From Tubulanus polymorphus (taxonomy: Eukaryota > Animalia > Nemertea), in contig NC_134031.1 of the NCBI RefSeq assembly GCF_964204645.1, forward strand, positions 19,165,910 to 19,229,909: DNA of 64,000 bases. The letters run 5' to 3'. Under the pieces are notes generated by a model. The model saw only the letters and a program-made list of their open reading frames with translations. It was not told where the DNA came from and ran no database searches. This document shows, piece after piece, positions 13,255 to 28,187 of the stretch (position 1 is its first letter; each line of letters starts with the position of its first letter). The position numbers were made by a program, and so were the translations under genes.

Positions 13255-13747
13255 AGAGTCAACCGTGCAACACTGTGGCTCCCAGTATCCACTAATAAAT
13301 ATATAGATCTATATCGAAGTGGGATTTTACGTAATGGAAATATTTTTCCAAGAATAGGAACAACTATGTGTACGCGTGTGTGTTTTGATGAAGTGGTTTT
13401 ATCAGTTACAACTGAGATAAGAGGCTGCTGATCACGGAGACGTGAATAACAGTGAAACATTGTCCGAACTATTGATTAATCAGAAACAACGAATGAAATG
13501 TATAAATCACATGAAGACAATATTGCGTGAGTGCGGCTTTTTCTGGCCTTTTTCGGTCTGATACCTTGAGGGAAGCGAAGCAAAATCTCACGTTAAAATC
13601 AGCCACTCCCATTCTTCTTTGGGCCTGCTTGGATTTATCCATTGTTCTTCAGACCTCTCCACCCCCTAAATTCACCCATTCTGTTTATTGTCGCGCATTT
13701 ATGAAACTACTTAATCATCATTATGTGTCATATGTTTAATGCACAGC

Positions 13748-13903
<156 letters not shown>

Positions 13904-14630
13904 TAATAATGCAATGGTGGAAATGGTTATAGAAATAATGCTGCACTTGGGTTTGTTGATTGTTGCTGCACTTGGGTTTGTTGATTGTTTGTAAATAGTA
14001 AAAAGGTTACAGCAGTGCAATATTATTGATTACACAGTTAACAAACTCTATATATCTATGTATTTAGGATCCATTTGTCAAAAGGTCAATGTCACATGTA
14101 GAGATTGATTATAAATAGAGCTTAAATATCTATTCGAATTTAAATCAATCGATTCGCCTGGCTTCCACGAAATAAATCATTTAGGGCCAAATACAACCTA
14201 AATTTAAACCAATTCGAAGTAAAAAGGCGTCTTCATTTTGATCGGTAAGAGTATGAACACCACGGACGGACGACAAGCTTACAACACTTCAGCATCATGC
14301 AACAGTTCCAGCCTCAGGGGGGGGGGGGGGACATTTGTTGTTGTGCACTGAAGTAGCAATCATTTGAAGTCACTAAGATTATCCTGACTTCAGCTATGGC
14401 GGAACATTGTGGTTTTTGGCTACATAATACACAGCAATCATCAGGGATAGCCACAGCATTCTGGCTATACATGCAATTAGTAATACAACACGATATTTGT
14501 ATTCCGATAGCGTACGGCGAGATTCTTACACATATTTATGGCTCTAAGCTGTTTGAAGAACCAATAAGTAATGTATGTATTCAAACGAAGGAACCCAACC
14601 ACATACATACACAGCACATACGTCACTTAT

Positions 14631-14755
14631 AGAGTCCCCTGTTGCACATTCGTGACTCCAGGATGAAATTTGTCTTCAAATCTTAGTGTTAAACTTGACG
14701 GTTTCGCTATTAAATCCAATCTGGTCTTGAGCCTTGATTGTGCAACAGGGGCTCT
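14631..14755. mobile_element. MITE, ~125 bp
   Basis: TIRs AGAGTCCCCTGTTGCACA and TGTGCAACAGGGGCTCT. Confidence 0.7.
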
Positions 14756-17700
14756 TGTGATCAGACAATATTTGCCTATTTTCCCTGAAAACTATAACGA
14801 GATATCTTTACTGGTTTTTTTTTTCATCAAATGTTTTTAGATGTTTATCAAGTGACAGAAGACAGCGATCTATTTTTGCAGCACTGCATGTTTCTCCACT
14901 AGACTGAGTGTCTTGGTGTTTGTCTCACTGTCAGAGAGGAGTGGAAGACGAGGGAGTGGGAGTTGAAGCCATGCCGATGTTCAGCAATAGATCCTCCACC
15001 ACCCGTGTATCACAAATACAAACCATTTTAACAGCTCTCTCCCCTCAATATTCATTTCCCTCTCTCAAACCTGAGTGCATCTCAATCCACAATCTAATCA
15101 AATACCGTATAACAATTCCTCACAAGTCCTCATATATGTAGAATCATCATCTCTCCAACTGCTGCAGGGCTTTCACATCCATATCACACACTAGAATGGT
15201 AAGATTGCAGTCGATTTCAGTAGTTTAGGGCTCGAAGTAGGGACTCCACTGCGAGGGAAGGTGCAGTTTGACATCCTATTCAGGGAAGAACATATAAACA
15301 CCGAGTAGGGAATCCGATGGAGAGTACTGGGGATGGTCCTTGATCCAGTTGAATTTCATCCCGAAGTGAGATCTACATGAACTCAACACGTACAACAGAT
15401 CGGTGTCAATTCCACAAACATACGAGTTATAGATTAAATTTACACACATTGAGAATAGTTACGAGTTCGAGGAAATTCGAGGAGCTCAATTTAATCTATA
15501 ACTCTACGACATAGACTGTTCATATCAGCGATAAAAACATTCTGCGACGAACTCCCGACGAAACACACACGCGCTAAGACGACGCGTAGAGAAAACAAAA
15601 CTGCATTGGATTCAATTATTGATATTTCGACTTTTATTTTTCAAATTTCCGATCATCGAACGATACAAATATTGACTTACAACACGGAAATATAAATGAG
15701 AAAGTTCACACGGCGTCGTCGTCGTCGTATACAGACTGCATTATAGTCAAACGCATTGTCATTAGTTATTAAAACATGTGCTCCGTGTTAGTGGATGTGA
15801 CGCTGGATGATGATGAATTATCCGTCGCCCGGGCGAATGAATGCTCGCCGCCGGTTGCCATGGTGCCGTTTGTCCCAGCTCGGGATAGGGATCGCTCGCC
15901 GTGGACCAATCGCGCTGCGCGTAGCTCGTATTACCATAGTTACCGCCGATATGAGCGAACCTATTAAAATCCTACGTGAATACGTGCACACAACTCGCCC
16001 TCCCCATCACCCTTCTAAGTATTCAACTCGACGTGAATTAAATTCTATTGACATGAATTCCGATCCGACTAATTGAATTAAATCATAAATTCTGGCGATT
16101 TTCCGATCGTGACTAATTGAATTAGATTTCATTGAAATAAGCTACGTTTCAGACTCGATGAATACATTTCGATATCAAAAATGAAATCATCCTTCGAATT
16201 GGCGGAATCGATAATCATTAAATCCAGAATTCGAAAAAAGTGTCGAGGTAGACATTTTTTTAAAAGCGAATTCAAGGGCTCTCGGATTAAAAATTCTAAT
16301 TTTAAGACGAAACGACGTAACGATAATCAGAGAGAAGACGACAGCCGGAAACATTGCGGCCGGCGACTGTATCACAACTAGATCCGCATTAGAAATTCAC
16401 TTTAATTAAAAACCTTTAAACGCACCAATTTTCAATCGCGATCCGTATAAAGTGGTCGTCATCTCTAAACGCAGCGAACGTAAGCAGTGTTTAAGACACA
16501 ATACCTGCTTAAGCTTATTGAAAATTCTAAAAATAAGTCTAATCCCTTTCTCAATATCCTGACTATCTTTACTTTCAAGGTCCGGTTCAATGTTTCTATG
16601 ATTTCAGTTTAACTAATTTCTTGAATCATTGAGAACTGCGCTTACGATTTCTAGCTATGGATCCAGAAAGTTTCTCCGCTAACTGTTTATTGAGTTCTCG
16701 ATTCCCAAAGCGCAGTTCAAACTCTCTTAATTTCTTTCGGAAATCAAAAATCACCAGACTTCTTCGTCGACGGACGAAGTCTCACGTATCAGAACCGCGA
16801 ATAATAATAACCCGACAATATTCCCTTCTTGAATTTGATGTTTAGTTTATGACCGGGTAATGAGTCCCTAGCGTGTGCTAACCCAATACACATTAGCTCA
16901 TACCACGGCGGCACTGTATACCTCTATATACCTCCGCACCATATAAATGAACTAACAAACCTAATCTCAAAGGCATTCCTACCTACATAACGCAAAAATA
17001 TGCTTTGTACACTTGTCTTACATAAGCAAGCAGCGACTCTTCCGTTTACTGTTAAAAATCTATTTCTCCAGTGCATTTCTATGTTTTAACCCGTAATTTC
17101 TTTACTTTCGTCTCGTCATTTTTTTTTGCAATTCAGCAATTTTGATATATTCGATTTTTGTCGGTACAAAATTATCGATGTCATATTAACGAAGTTAAGC
17201 GAGGAGAAGCAACATGAGAAGAAACAAGCGCGTCTGTTACTGCTGTCGCCTGTTGTTGGATTCCAGGAAAGATATTGATCTTTGTTTAACATATTCATGA
17301 GATTTTTACAGCGCCGCAGAGCGACACGGCAGCAGCAGCAATGCCAGTAAGTAACATTCCTATACGAGATCACTTCATAAAAATCGGAATGAATATCGTA
17401 TTCGTTCAATTACAATAATCGAAAAATCTCCATAAATTCTAAGAGAACCGTCCCGTCCCGATAAACGTCAAATTCACTACAAACTCACGGAAACATTTTC
17501 AGACTTTGTATTAATTTTCGTTATTATTGTGAGATTCACTGTAGATTAATCAGAAGTGTCATATCCATTAGGTAAATATACACGATTACACCAGATGTGA
17601 TAGCTGTATTAAAAGAATAGTTCTAAACTTTTTATGTGATGATGGACAAATTGAGACCAGTAGAATCGAGCCTCATTTAGTTATGAATTTCGATTACTCT

Positions 17701-17758
17701 CATGACGTTTATTCTCCACGCGATGACGACGATAATGATGATGATTTTGAACAGTGGC

Positions 17759-17820
17759 GACATCTTTACCTGACAGTATTAGACATGCAAATCAGAAATC
17801 CAATGCTGCTAGGTAAGACG
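17759..17820 (-). ncRNA. mir-8: microRNA mir-8 precursor (miR-8/miR-200 family)
   Basis: Reverse complement of 17759-17781 is TAATACTGTCAGGTAAAGATGTC, the canonical miR-8-3p. Reverse complement of 17799-17820 is CGTCTTACCTAGCAGCATTGGA, a miR-8-5p-type star arm that pairs with it across a 17-nt loop. Confidence 0.97.
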
Positions 17821-20182
17821 TAGTCAACAGTCCGGTCGATCAGTCAACGTCACTAAATCCTGACCAAACGTCATTCCGTTAACGGATAATTCCTGAAATG
17901 TGTTTTGTTCACTGCCGTCTGCGTGTTAGGGATCGATAAACTGCTGCAGCTGAAAAATATCCAGTGCAGCCGGTAATCGGGGATCGAGTTCAAGATGGCT
18001 GTTCGTTCCATCTCTATGCGTGTATGACTCGGCTTACGCCCCTGCCTAACTCCTTCGTACCCCAGCCTACCTCCTACAGATAGTAGTTCAACGCACCCTC
18101 GGCCCCGCCAACAACATATGCATTCGCCGATTACACACGTTTTCAAAGAAAGCATTGATCCTCGTTTTTAGCTAATGGCCTACATACCTTGAATAAACAT
18201 ATTCCGCTATAGTGGCTGGCACCACACACATAGATTTTAAACAAGAGAACTCGGCGGAACTATTCGAAGAAGAAAAAGAAGATTTTATCGAAATGGTAAC
18301 AACCAGACGATCCATCAGGACTTTCATAAACCAAGCAGCGCGCTAGCTAGTTATTACATCCATTATCATAGAGTCGCAGCCTCGGAAAAACGGAAAGCAA
18401 TTTTTCCAATAATACGATGAAGAAGCAACCATTAAATCCACGATGGCCGCAGGGCTTCAAAACCACGCAGCTTGTAATCAATCTATATATCTATATACAT
18501 CTTTCATAGATATATTATACACCAAATATTCTAAACGAAGCTCCACCACAAAATATGGTCTAAATACACTCGTTATTCCTCTCTATATTTTCCTAACACT
18601 AAATTTCTTGTTTCTCTATTTTACGAATCATTTATTTACTCGTTTCACTAGAAAATACCCACGTCAGCCCCGATCTAGAAATCAGTTATTTTTTGGTAAA
18701 TTCCGACTTAAGATCTGCAGTCTCCTGCGATCAGAGACATGGAGAGAGAGCGGAGAGAGAAGAGAAGGTCACTGTGTGATAAGCGCGCTGCTCGCAGCAA
18801 TCATTTTTCCGCTCAGATTTCACCTTTACAGCAGCAGTTTTACAAGCACAAAAATCCGCCTGTTTTGTGCGGTATACCGAACAGCAGCACTGCACCAGTA
18901 GATCTATCTCTCTCTCTCTCTGTATCTCGATCAATAGTCCCGGGTAGAGTATGACACATAATTGGGAAACTGCGTGTAGTTATAACGTAACCACCGGTGT
19001 ATCCCGGCCGGGTGTATTGAATAATTCAAGAGAAAAAATTCGCAATTGTGCCTCGAGATGACATTTCATTTCCCCTCCCCCGAACGACAGATATTCCTCG
19101 ACCAAAAATAAAGCAGTTTATTCGAAATTTGCTAGATTTCAAATTCTAACTGAGAAACGCCGCACGACCTTCCTAGAACGATATTTTCCCAACGTTTCGA
19201 CCACGAATTCGTTCAAAATAATAAAAAATAAATTGTCTCCGTTTCGAGCAAACGATGGAAAATGATTTCTATGATTTCTATAAAATACGGTTAATATCGG
19301 TATAAACGCCTAATTCGATCTCGCAGACTCCGAGAAAACAAGCGATTTATTTATAGCCCGTTCACAATTACCTGAGCAGCGATCGGGAAAAATTCACCTC
19401 GCGGCTATAAAATGATCTGATCGAAGGTTAACGGATTTATTAACCGCTAATAATGAAACTAATCAACCCGATTTCTCTCGCAGCGGTTAATTACGTTTAT
19501 TAACAGATTACGGAGAGAATCCTACATTTCGCCTAATCATTAAAGAACCATAAATATCTCAAAAAAAAAAAAAATCTGAAACGTTTTTGATGTATGACCT
19601 TATCGAACGCGCGTAATTCATGTATAAATCCTATAAACACCGAGTAAAAATTCATTTTCTGTCTAATAAAACAAACGTACCTACCACCGAACATAAACCA
19701 GCCAAAACGACTTACTAATTTATCTCAGATTTTAGAGCCCTACTTTCCATTCGACCAAGAAAAAAAGCCGCGGCGTTCCTTTCCCTATTCCCGCCATGTG
19801 CACAATGAGATCGGCGTAGAGCGCGCGCGCGCGTTTCTATTGAGTCACCCCGCGCGCCTAAACCATCGACCTATATTATAATCAACCTACCACACTACAT
19901 TCCTTCACAACGGCTTAGAAAGAGAAACTCGCAATGAAGAAATTATATTCCTTTATGCCGACCACATCGGGTTTCAGTGTTGTGAAATGATGTGTTCGTA
20001 TTTTCAAAGCGAATAAGTTGTAGCGTTGAGGATATCCACAAGAATACAGCAACAGCACCAGCAGCGGCAGCATCCCGGGATCATCTCAATCATCCTACAA
20101 ACGAGCAGCAGCAGTAGCAGCAGCAGCAGCTGTGTAGAGAGAGAGAGAGAGAGTGAGGGAGCGCACACATCCACCTCACACA

Positions 20183-20220
20183 GCGACTGAACGCATAAAG
20201 AATGCATTCAATGTATATTT
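20183..20220 (-). promoter_or_regulatory. Candidate core promoter of pri-mir-8
   Basis: Minus-strand initiator TCAGTCG (+1 near 20188) with an AT-rich AAATATACA at about -30, a GA/CT microsatellite just downstream and CpG-rich flanks; ~2.4 kb upstream of the hairpin on the same strand. Confidence 0.4.
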
Positions 20221-20764
20221 GAAAGCTGACTGGTATCTCCACCTACGCTCACTCCGCTCTCCCGCGCGGCGGCCGTGCTGTGCGCCGAACGAACACTGCC
20301 TGCCTGCACAAACAGCATTCACGAATTAGGCCAGACACTTTTCAAATGATGCTATTTGCGAACGCTATTATCTAGCGCACCCTATGGGCCCGCGTGATAG
20401 AGCACAATACATCGAATATAGCCGCTATTCATATCTGTCGTGTAAGAGATCTTGACAGTTTTCTCACTTCGATTAGAAATCGTGAACAAGCAGAATATAT
20501 CCATTCAATCAAACTCAGTGGGATATGACGTGAGAAAATAGATTTTATGTACATATAGAAAGAATCGAACTGTTTATTTTTAGGATTTGTGCACCCAAAT
20601 TTGTGAACCCCTTTCTCTATTATGTGAAAGCTTTGTGTGAAGAGTGAGATATGTCTTGACATATCTCTCTTGGTATTTTTTTCTACAAATCAAGTCCAGG
20701 CAATGATAGGGTCCAGTCGTGCACAGATAATGACTCGACTAGAAAATTCATAGTCGAATGAAAC

Positions 20765-21013
20765 TCACAAAACTGTGTAACTAAGTGCACCTTCAAAATC
20801 CATACAAATGTGGAACTGAGTACATATTCAAAACCCACAAAAATGCGGAACTGAGTACAGATTCAAAACACACAAAAATGCGGAACTGAGTACAGATTCA
20901 AAACATACAAAATGTTGAACTAGAATCTGGGACCGACAGTCAAATTAAACCCACACAACTGTGGAACTGGGTCCACAGTCGAATTAAACCTACACAACTG
21001 TGGAACTGAGTCC
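20765..21013 (+). repeat. ~40-bp minisatellite (CACAACTGTGGAACTG family)
   Basis: About 6 units of cacaa.tgtggaactg.gt.caga.tcaaa. Confidence 0.8.
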
Positions 21014-21689
21014 AAAGTGATTTTATCTTTCTTCATTGATGATAATGTATGCAATTCAAATATGTCATTTTCCAAATGTGTTTTTAAGGTTTCAGATAAA
21101 GTTAAGTAAAAGAAGTGGATGTGGATCAGTGTAGTGGTGCGCGTTTTCCACTGGGAAAACCCCCAGATAAAGCAGCTAACCGGTGAATATCCAGCAATAG
21201 TAAAAATAAACAGCTCTTCAATCTCTTTGTTTCTCATGCAATAAATCATTGCCAACAAGGCAAAATAATTTGCTCATATTTATTTTCAAGGAGTTTCATA
21301 GTGGCTCCTCTCTTTGAAGCATTGAAATTCTCCCCAGGCATAAATAGAGTTTTACAATTGATTTGACAGCTGGTACGAGCCTCCGCGCGACCTACAGTCA
21401 ACTCGACTAGTGGTTTATGGTTATTCTTTTTTTTTAACTGGATGAATGTTAATGATGTAACCATTTGTCAGTTGATGATCTCGTTGTTGTAGTAAACAAA
21501 CAGTAATTACATTTTTTGCCTCCTGATAAGATTTCATAGCGTGATTTATTAACATAAATAGTAATATATTTCAGAAATGATGCTAGCGCCATCTTTTATT
21601 GAGCCTGTCAACTATTATATACTGTATAGTTTTATGCCTGTAATTCAAACTACCAAAATCCATGTGGTATTGAAAAGGTTCAAATCAAA

Positions 21690-21905
21690 CCCAATGTGGA
21701 ACTGGGTCCAGAGTCAAGTTAAACCCTGCACAACCGTGGAACTGGGTTCAAACTCAAATCAAACACACAACTGTAGAACTGGGTTCAGAGTCAGATTAAA
21801 GCCCACACAACTGTGAAACTGGGGTCAGGGTCAGATTAAACCCTGCACAACTGTAGAACTGGGTTCAGAGTCAGATTAAACCCACACAACTGTGGAACTT
21901 GGTTC
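21690..21905 (+). repeat. ~40-bp minisatellite (same family)
   Basis: About 6 units of CACAACTGTGGAACTGGGTTCAGAGTCAGATTAAACCC. Confidence 0.85.
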
Positions 21906-24595
21906 CTGGTTAACTAAATTTCAAAAAACATAAATCATCATAGCCAGTTGAATGAAGATAGACTGGTTGCCTTATCAACAATATAACAGCTGTGCCTACC
22001 TATAATAATCCTATTGTCTCAATATATGGAATATAAAATCTGTGTTCAGAATTAATCCTCATGTTTCAAGCTTACATGCTGAATCATTCGCCGGCGACAA
22101 AACATAAATCTCATCTTCTTTCAAGTCCATTATAACATTCACAGCTACCAGAGAATACCTTACAGGCAAATTCCCTCATTATATCACGACAACACGATTT
22201 CAATTTCATTACACGAAACATCAGAATAAACTCGACGATCCGTTTAAACTCTTGAAAGGGTTTAAGCTAAAAAGTTAATTGGTCACTATTCATCCAGGAG
22301 TAAGGCCTTAGAGACGCCACTTTTCCAGGCAGACTTAACAAGGTGACCTTAACTAATTGATTTCAACTGACCTCTCATCCCGCTGATGAAATTAGGGGGG
22401 AGGGGGTTAAGTGTTAATTCGTACCTTTCTTATCTAACAATACATTCTTTGTGTACACGGTCTATCGCATTATAAACGCTGAGTCTTTAAACATAATCTT
22501 AATAGTGCGAAAAGTAGTTTTTACATTCCCCCCCCCCCCCCCGAGAATCTTTTAATAAAAATAAAACCTACGAATGAAAATGAATAGAAAAACTAAACAA
22601 AAACTTTATTACAAGTCAGACAAAATCAGAGCCTCCCGGGTTGGCAAGGGAACACTCCTATTTTTATAACGGACACCTGTTTCCTATAGAAGCTCTCTAC
22701 GAGGGGTATTGTTAAATCGGGTCAAGTTATTATGGAAAAATTCCATGACATCAAACGGATTTTTATATTTTATAGTATTTCTTTATGTTCTACTGATTGT
22801 GACGTGGATACATTTAAAAAAAATGACTGTCCTATATTTAGACCTCAACGGGAAAATCATCCAGCATCCAGCGGCATCGAATAAATCTGCTGAAGACCCA
22901 CCGAAGTCGTCTATTTTAATTCCCCCTTTGACATCACGGTTCGATATGAAACTGAATCAGGGAGAGGAGGGTTCATAGGAGTTTGTAACGTGAGTATGTC
23001 TAGAACCAATAAACCAGAGTTAGTAGAACCCTCTCCTTTCTAGTCATCAAGTGGCGAATACTGCGCCTACAGTCATCAAATTTGGCCAACATGACCGAGA
23101 GATAGAACATTTTCAACTTTTCAATGTCCAATAAAAACTGCTCCGAGTATTAGCATTTCGTATGTCATTGACGTCACAATATTAAACTGATTTCTACCCA
23201 TCGCGTGAATATTTAGGGAAATGAAGTGATTTTGACTCGATTGGTGGATTTACAAAGATTCATCATTGAGTTGAGAGATCAGCAGCAGTAGCAGCAGCAG
23301 CCGGAGGGCGACGATGGTGAACTCTTTACGAGAAGAGGAAGTGCAGTATAAAGAGATCACAGTGTGTAACACACTGGTCCCATAAACAACAAGTAAGAAA
23401 GTTGTTGATGAAAGCAGTTTATCAGCGCACTGCCAGAGTTATGATAAGAATATGTCAGAACAAGATTTAAAACCTAGCACGAGTAAAGGGTAAAACCTGA
23501 TGCCTTCAGGATATGATACGGCTGAAGGAGGTGCTGGGAGTACGTAATAAAAGTTGACGAATAATTCGGTTTGGGGTATAGGTAATGATATAGAAATGAC
23601 AAAAAGTGCTTTAGCTGGTGCCTGTCTGTCAATAGTAACCCCCCCCCCCCCCAGAAAATCTGTTCATTATATCCAATTACAATTACATCAATACTTTCTA
23701 ATTATGACGAAATTGTTGACAGTCTGTATTTATACCGATAAATTCTAATTTCTGAGATCGTCAAAACGAGATTGCATACAGTGTATATATCAAGTAAGCA
23801 ACGCGTATCAAATCTTAAAATAATCTATTTCGAACTAACTGAATTTACCAAGATGATATACGGGGGCGATGACTTATTTGACCTAACAAACCAAACACAA
23901 AACTTGAAAAACCACACTATATACACATATGCCTACACTAATATGACGATAAAGGGGGCATACGATATCATATAAAAATGATAATCATAATAATACACTA
24001 GATTGAAAAATAGGAAATAATTGAATGGAATTCAGGCCAACGATTGAAGCGTTTAGCTACAGTCTATCTGTACAAGTGGAGTAAACTAGGCCACGAACAG
24101 TGAATGAGAGTGGTTCACGCGGCATATCGAGGGAGGGTGTGCCCGTTATTAATCAAAATCGTCTCTGCTACAATCATCATCAGTGACGTAACGGAGAGAA
24201 ATATAATAATCAAATCATTGCGAGCCCACGCGGCACAAACGCAATACGGGGCACGGAAAAAAAGAGAACTTCGTCCCGGACATTTTTCCCGGAATTGATA
24301 TCATTGAAGCAACGTTCGACATAGTAATCGGTTCATGTGTGTGTGTGCGTAAATACGTAGTTTTAGAATTGAAAAAAAAACCAACATAATCATTCTAGGA
24401 AAAAGACTTGCGTCATTGTGGCTCAAGAGCTCAATCCATTCACACAGAGTGCCACGGCTGCATCTACAAATTAAACCAATAACTATAACTGTGATCGCAC
24501 GGAGATGATTTCACCCGCGTCTAACCGGCCCTGACTTGTCAAATCTGGCCCCGTTCACATGTAAACCAGTCACTCGTTTCTAAAATCTAATCCAA

Positions 24596-24760
24596 ACTGT
24601 AGCGAGTGAGGTGAATCACTGAGACAGAACCAGATAGTATTCAAGTGGAATACTGTGTTATTTCCTACACGTCTGGTCCGGCACAGACTCATTTGGCACC
24701 AGTACGAGCAGTTGGCATAGACCAAATTTGGTCTGGATCAAAAATGTGATCACCGCTTAT
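24596..24760 (-). mobile_element. Dispersed MITE-like family copy
   Basis: GTGAGGTGAATCACT...TTTGGCACC...AAATTTGGTC...CCGCTTA, as at 32845 and 44220. Confidence 0.55.
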
Positions 24761-25289
24761 ACCCGATACTGTAGATAATTAAGCTAAAGCAGCTATACGG
24801 AGTAACTAAAACAGCTATACGGAGTAACCAAAGCTCATTAACAAAAGACAGTTTGATATAGACGATTCACATTGTGAGAATAGGCGGCCATTTTACACAA
24901 CTCGATAAAATGCCAAACAACAAGAATTCTATAAAACATCGAGACATTGTTTCATCCATGGAGACGAGATTGAAAACGAAGAGAAAAAATAAAACCCAAT
25001 TGACACGACTAGGAAACTAAAGAGAACCACCCCCGATCCGGCCTTTTAAAAAACTATATCCTATCGCGTCAGATAACTGGAAAAATATCGCGTTTGTAAG
25101 AAATTTGTGCAACGGATATAGTTCAGGGATTGTGTTGAAACTGAAACTAGCATTAATTTCATTCTAGGAACTATGAATGTTTATTTTATCGTCTGTCAAC
25201 TCGTTGTACAAAAGACTGCTTACGTCAATGTTCTATATTTTAATGAATTGCTGAATTAATATTTCATTAATGTCAAATACGTTGGCAGC

Positions 25290-25520
25290 GTGTATTCTGT
25301 TTATTCTGCGTGCGTGTATTCTCTGTATGTTCAGTGTATTCTCCGTGTATTCTCTGTATTCTCTATGTGTTCTCTGTATGTTCAGTGTTTCATTTTGTAT
25401 TCTGTTAATTCTGTGTATTCTATGTTTTCTCTCTGTATTCTCTGTATTCTGTGTGTATTCAGTGTATTCTGTGTATTCTCTGTATTCTGTATGTATTCTG
25501 TGTGTTCTCTTGCTCTGTTC
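25290..25520. repeat. Degenerate TGTATTCT(C/G) short tandem repeat
   Basis: Repeated 9-mer-like units; explains the low-complexity ORFs at 25270 and 25290. Confidence 0.9.
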
Positions 25521-28187
25521 TGGTTTCCAATTTCCATCATCAAACTATAATTTCTCGCAATTTTTCAATCTCGATTCAGTCACGACCAAACAATGTGAGA
25601 AAATCTTTTGAAAGAAGTCACTGATGTTTTGTATGTTTCTGTTGAATATAGCAGCTTAGAATAGGCACTAGTGCTAGGGACCTAGCTATTGACTGGAATG
25701 TTAGGGACCTAGTACTAGCTACGAGCGACCTAGCTACATGTTGACATGCAACATTTCAGAGTTGCCTTTAGACCATTAGCCTTGCTTGATATATGATGAT
25801 TTCAAGCTAATATAACGTGTTAAATCATCCATCAAAGAACTAATGATTAACACAACAGAGTTCGGGGCACCCGAGCATCAGCTAACATCTGCTCGGAAAA
25901 TATTTGACAAAACGTAAAATATTTATCCAATAATTGCGCGATAGACAATAAGGACAGAAATAGACAGTAGAATCGCTGAATTGAGTGAGTGAACAATATC
26001 TCCTATAACATCACCATCATTATCAATATTAAATATTAACAGCACCTCAGAGACTGGGAAAGGGAGACCGGTAGCTGCACCTGGCAAATATACATTATAA
26101 ACCTCAACTATGATGAACGAGTGCATTAATAAAACCTCGCGACGCACCACACAGAAACGTTATTGTTGATAACTAAATAATAAATAATCCTCAATCAATA
26201 TTATATATTAGCGTTTATAGTCAATAATCGAACGGTCTCTTGATATGTAAATGCTTTTCAGATTGTCTTCCATTGCCACGTGTGTGTTTGTGTGCTTGTA
26301 TCTCGGCAGTCGATTGTTCTATACATAATGATGTGCTCACAATGTTAAGAATTCCTGCTCTGGCAACAGAGGATCCACCAGGTGCGCTAGTAGTCCAGGT
26401 AACGACTAAACACCTTATATAGTTTTCCTGCTTGCACCATGGCAAAGGTTGGAGTGTAAATAAATATGTAATTCGTAACAACTAAATCCTATATTTAATT
26501 GTTCAATACTTGAAGAGGCGATGACAATGTTACTGATTTTAGGCTACTACCAGGTGTGCTAGTAGTAGGGCTATTCTGGATAACTAAATCCTATATATCC
26601 AATTGTTCTGAGGTGCTGACAAAGCTTGGACAAAAAATTGACCAATTTTGCATGAATAAGTATTAGTCACGACGACATCTGGCGGCTGAGAGTCACAAAA
26701 ACACAGCGACAAAAAGACCTGACGAAATATTCATTAATGAAATAACAAACTCTATCAATAGTAGATTGAAATACACAGTGAACACAGCACAAACGTCAGA
26801 GCTTCGTTTTAATTGAAATATTTGATTCAATTATTTTTCTCAATATTGCGTCTGCTTGTGACAGTCTTCATTCAAACTCGAGCTTTGCAATTATTTCTAT
26901 GGTATTTTTATCGCCACCTGATGACTGGGTCTGGCTGTCAGACAGATTCAATTCACAAATTGTTTACTGTCCACGATGCCTGAAAGGTGGAGGGACTGAT
27001 TTTTAGTGTAGCGTGTCACTAAAAAAAGGCTTCTAGATGAAGCAATTTCAGTATTTCAGCTCATATTGGAGCATTTGTCAGATCTGTATATATTCCTAGC
27101 GTGAATTCAGGCTCACTTAAAGCTTGACAATATTGGAAACCAACCTAGACCACTTTTGGAAAATAAGGGCACTTTCTGTATCCGCTAAAAATTCAAATGC
27201 CATAGACGTGAAGCCATTGTCGAGGTTTTGGGGATCAATCCTATAAATATTTCGACCATTTCATCGCACTTGGAAACTTTTGAAGACTTAGATCGTAAAA
27301 TGTGCCATGAAATATATGGTGAGCAAAATTTTGAAGAGCGCTTGAATTACTAGATCGTATTGGGCAAATACAGCCTGTATTCTACCTGCGAGTCGAGAGA
27401 GACAGGTGTAACGTTCATATATGATTGGAAGTGACGTGGCACTCAGCAAATGAATTTTAATGGCCCCGGGAGGGAAGGGGGTTGAATGCGTGTCTGTATG
27501 CTAATTCATCCCTTGGGATTCAGTTAATCATGCAATACCGAACCGTGGCAGGCGCGCCGGTCGCAACGCAACGCCGCGCCGTGAGTGAACCATGCGTGAA
27601 TAGTCAGCGCAGGTACACAAACACCAACCCGGGCGTGAATTTAATATTTAAAAATAATTTCTACGAATGCCCGGTTGCCACCGTACCGCGTGCTAACAAA
27701 CGCACGGAAATACAACGAGTCCAATCACAGACGAATGAATCCATTGAATTCGGAACGTAGCGTAGGCCTCTCTCTATACGAATGACTCATTCGACATGAA
27801 TTATTTTTTCATTTCTTTTCTTTTCTATTCGAGAAGAAAAAAACTAAAACGGCGTCGAAAATATGCAAGTATTCGCAAGCACGAAAACACAATGGACAAC
27901 TATAGAATTAAATGGAAACTTCAGACGTGTTTTTTTTTCGTAAAAAGCTTTCCGTCGGTGAATGCGCGGTCGTTTTTTTTCTATGCGCTATTCTGTTCTG
28001 ATTGCGTCTCGTCGTCCATCGTGAATTGTTCGATTATATTTACGCCCGGGCGTGGCTCGTACGAATCTATATTCGATCAATTATTAAACGGATACACGAT
28101 CTACGCCGATTGAGTCAACGTTAGCGTTATTTATCCCTTATTAGTCGACGGCCGATCGAAGGCCGACTTTTTGAATGTTTTTGTTAA

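Noticed and set aside
16860-16905. Short hairpin downstream of mir-8 as a possible clustered miRNA
   Set aside because: Only ~42 nt, too short for a pre-miRNA and no known seed recognised.
23310-23495. Coding-like plus-strand stretch (MVNSLREEEV..., SKKVVDESSL...)
   Set aside because: Short, interrupted by a stop, with no partner exons or homology recognised.
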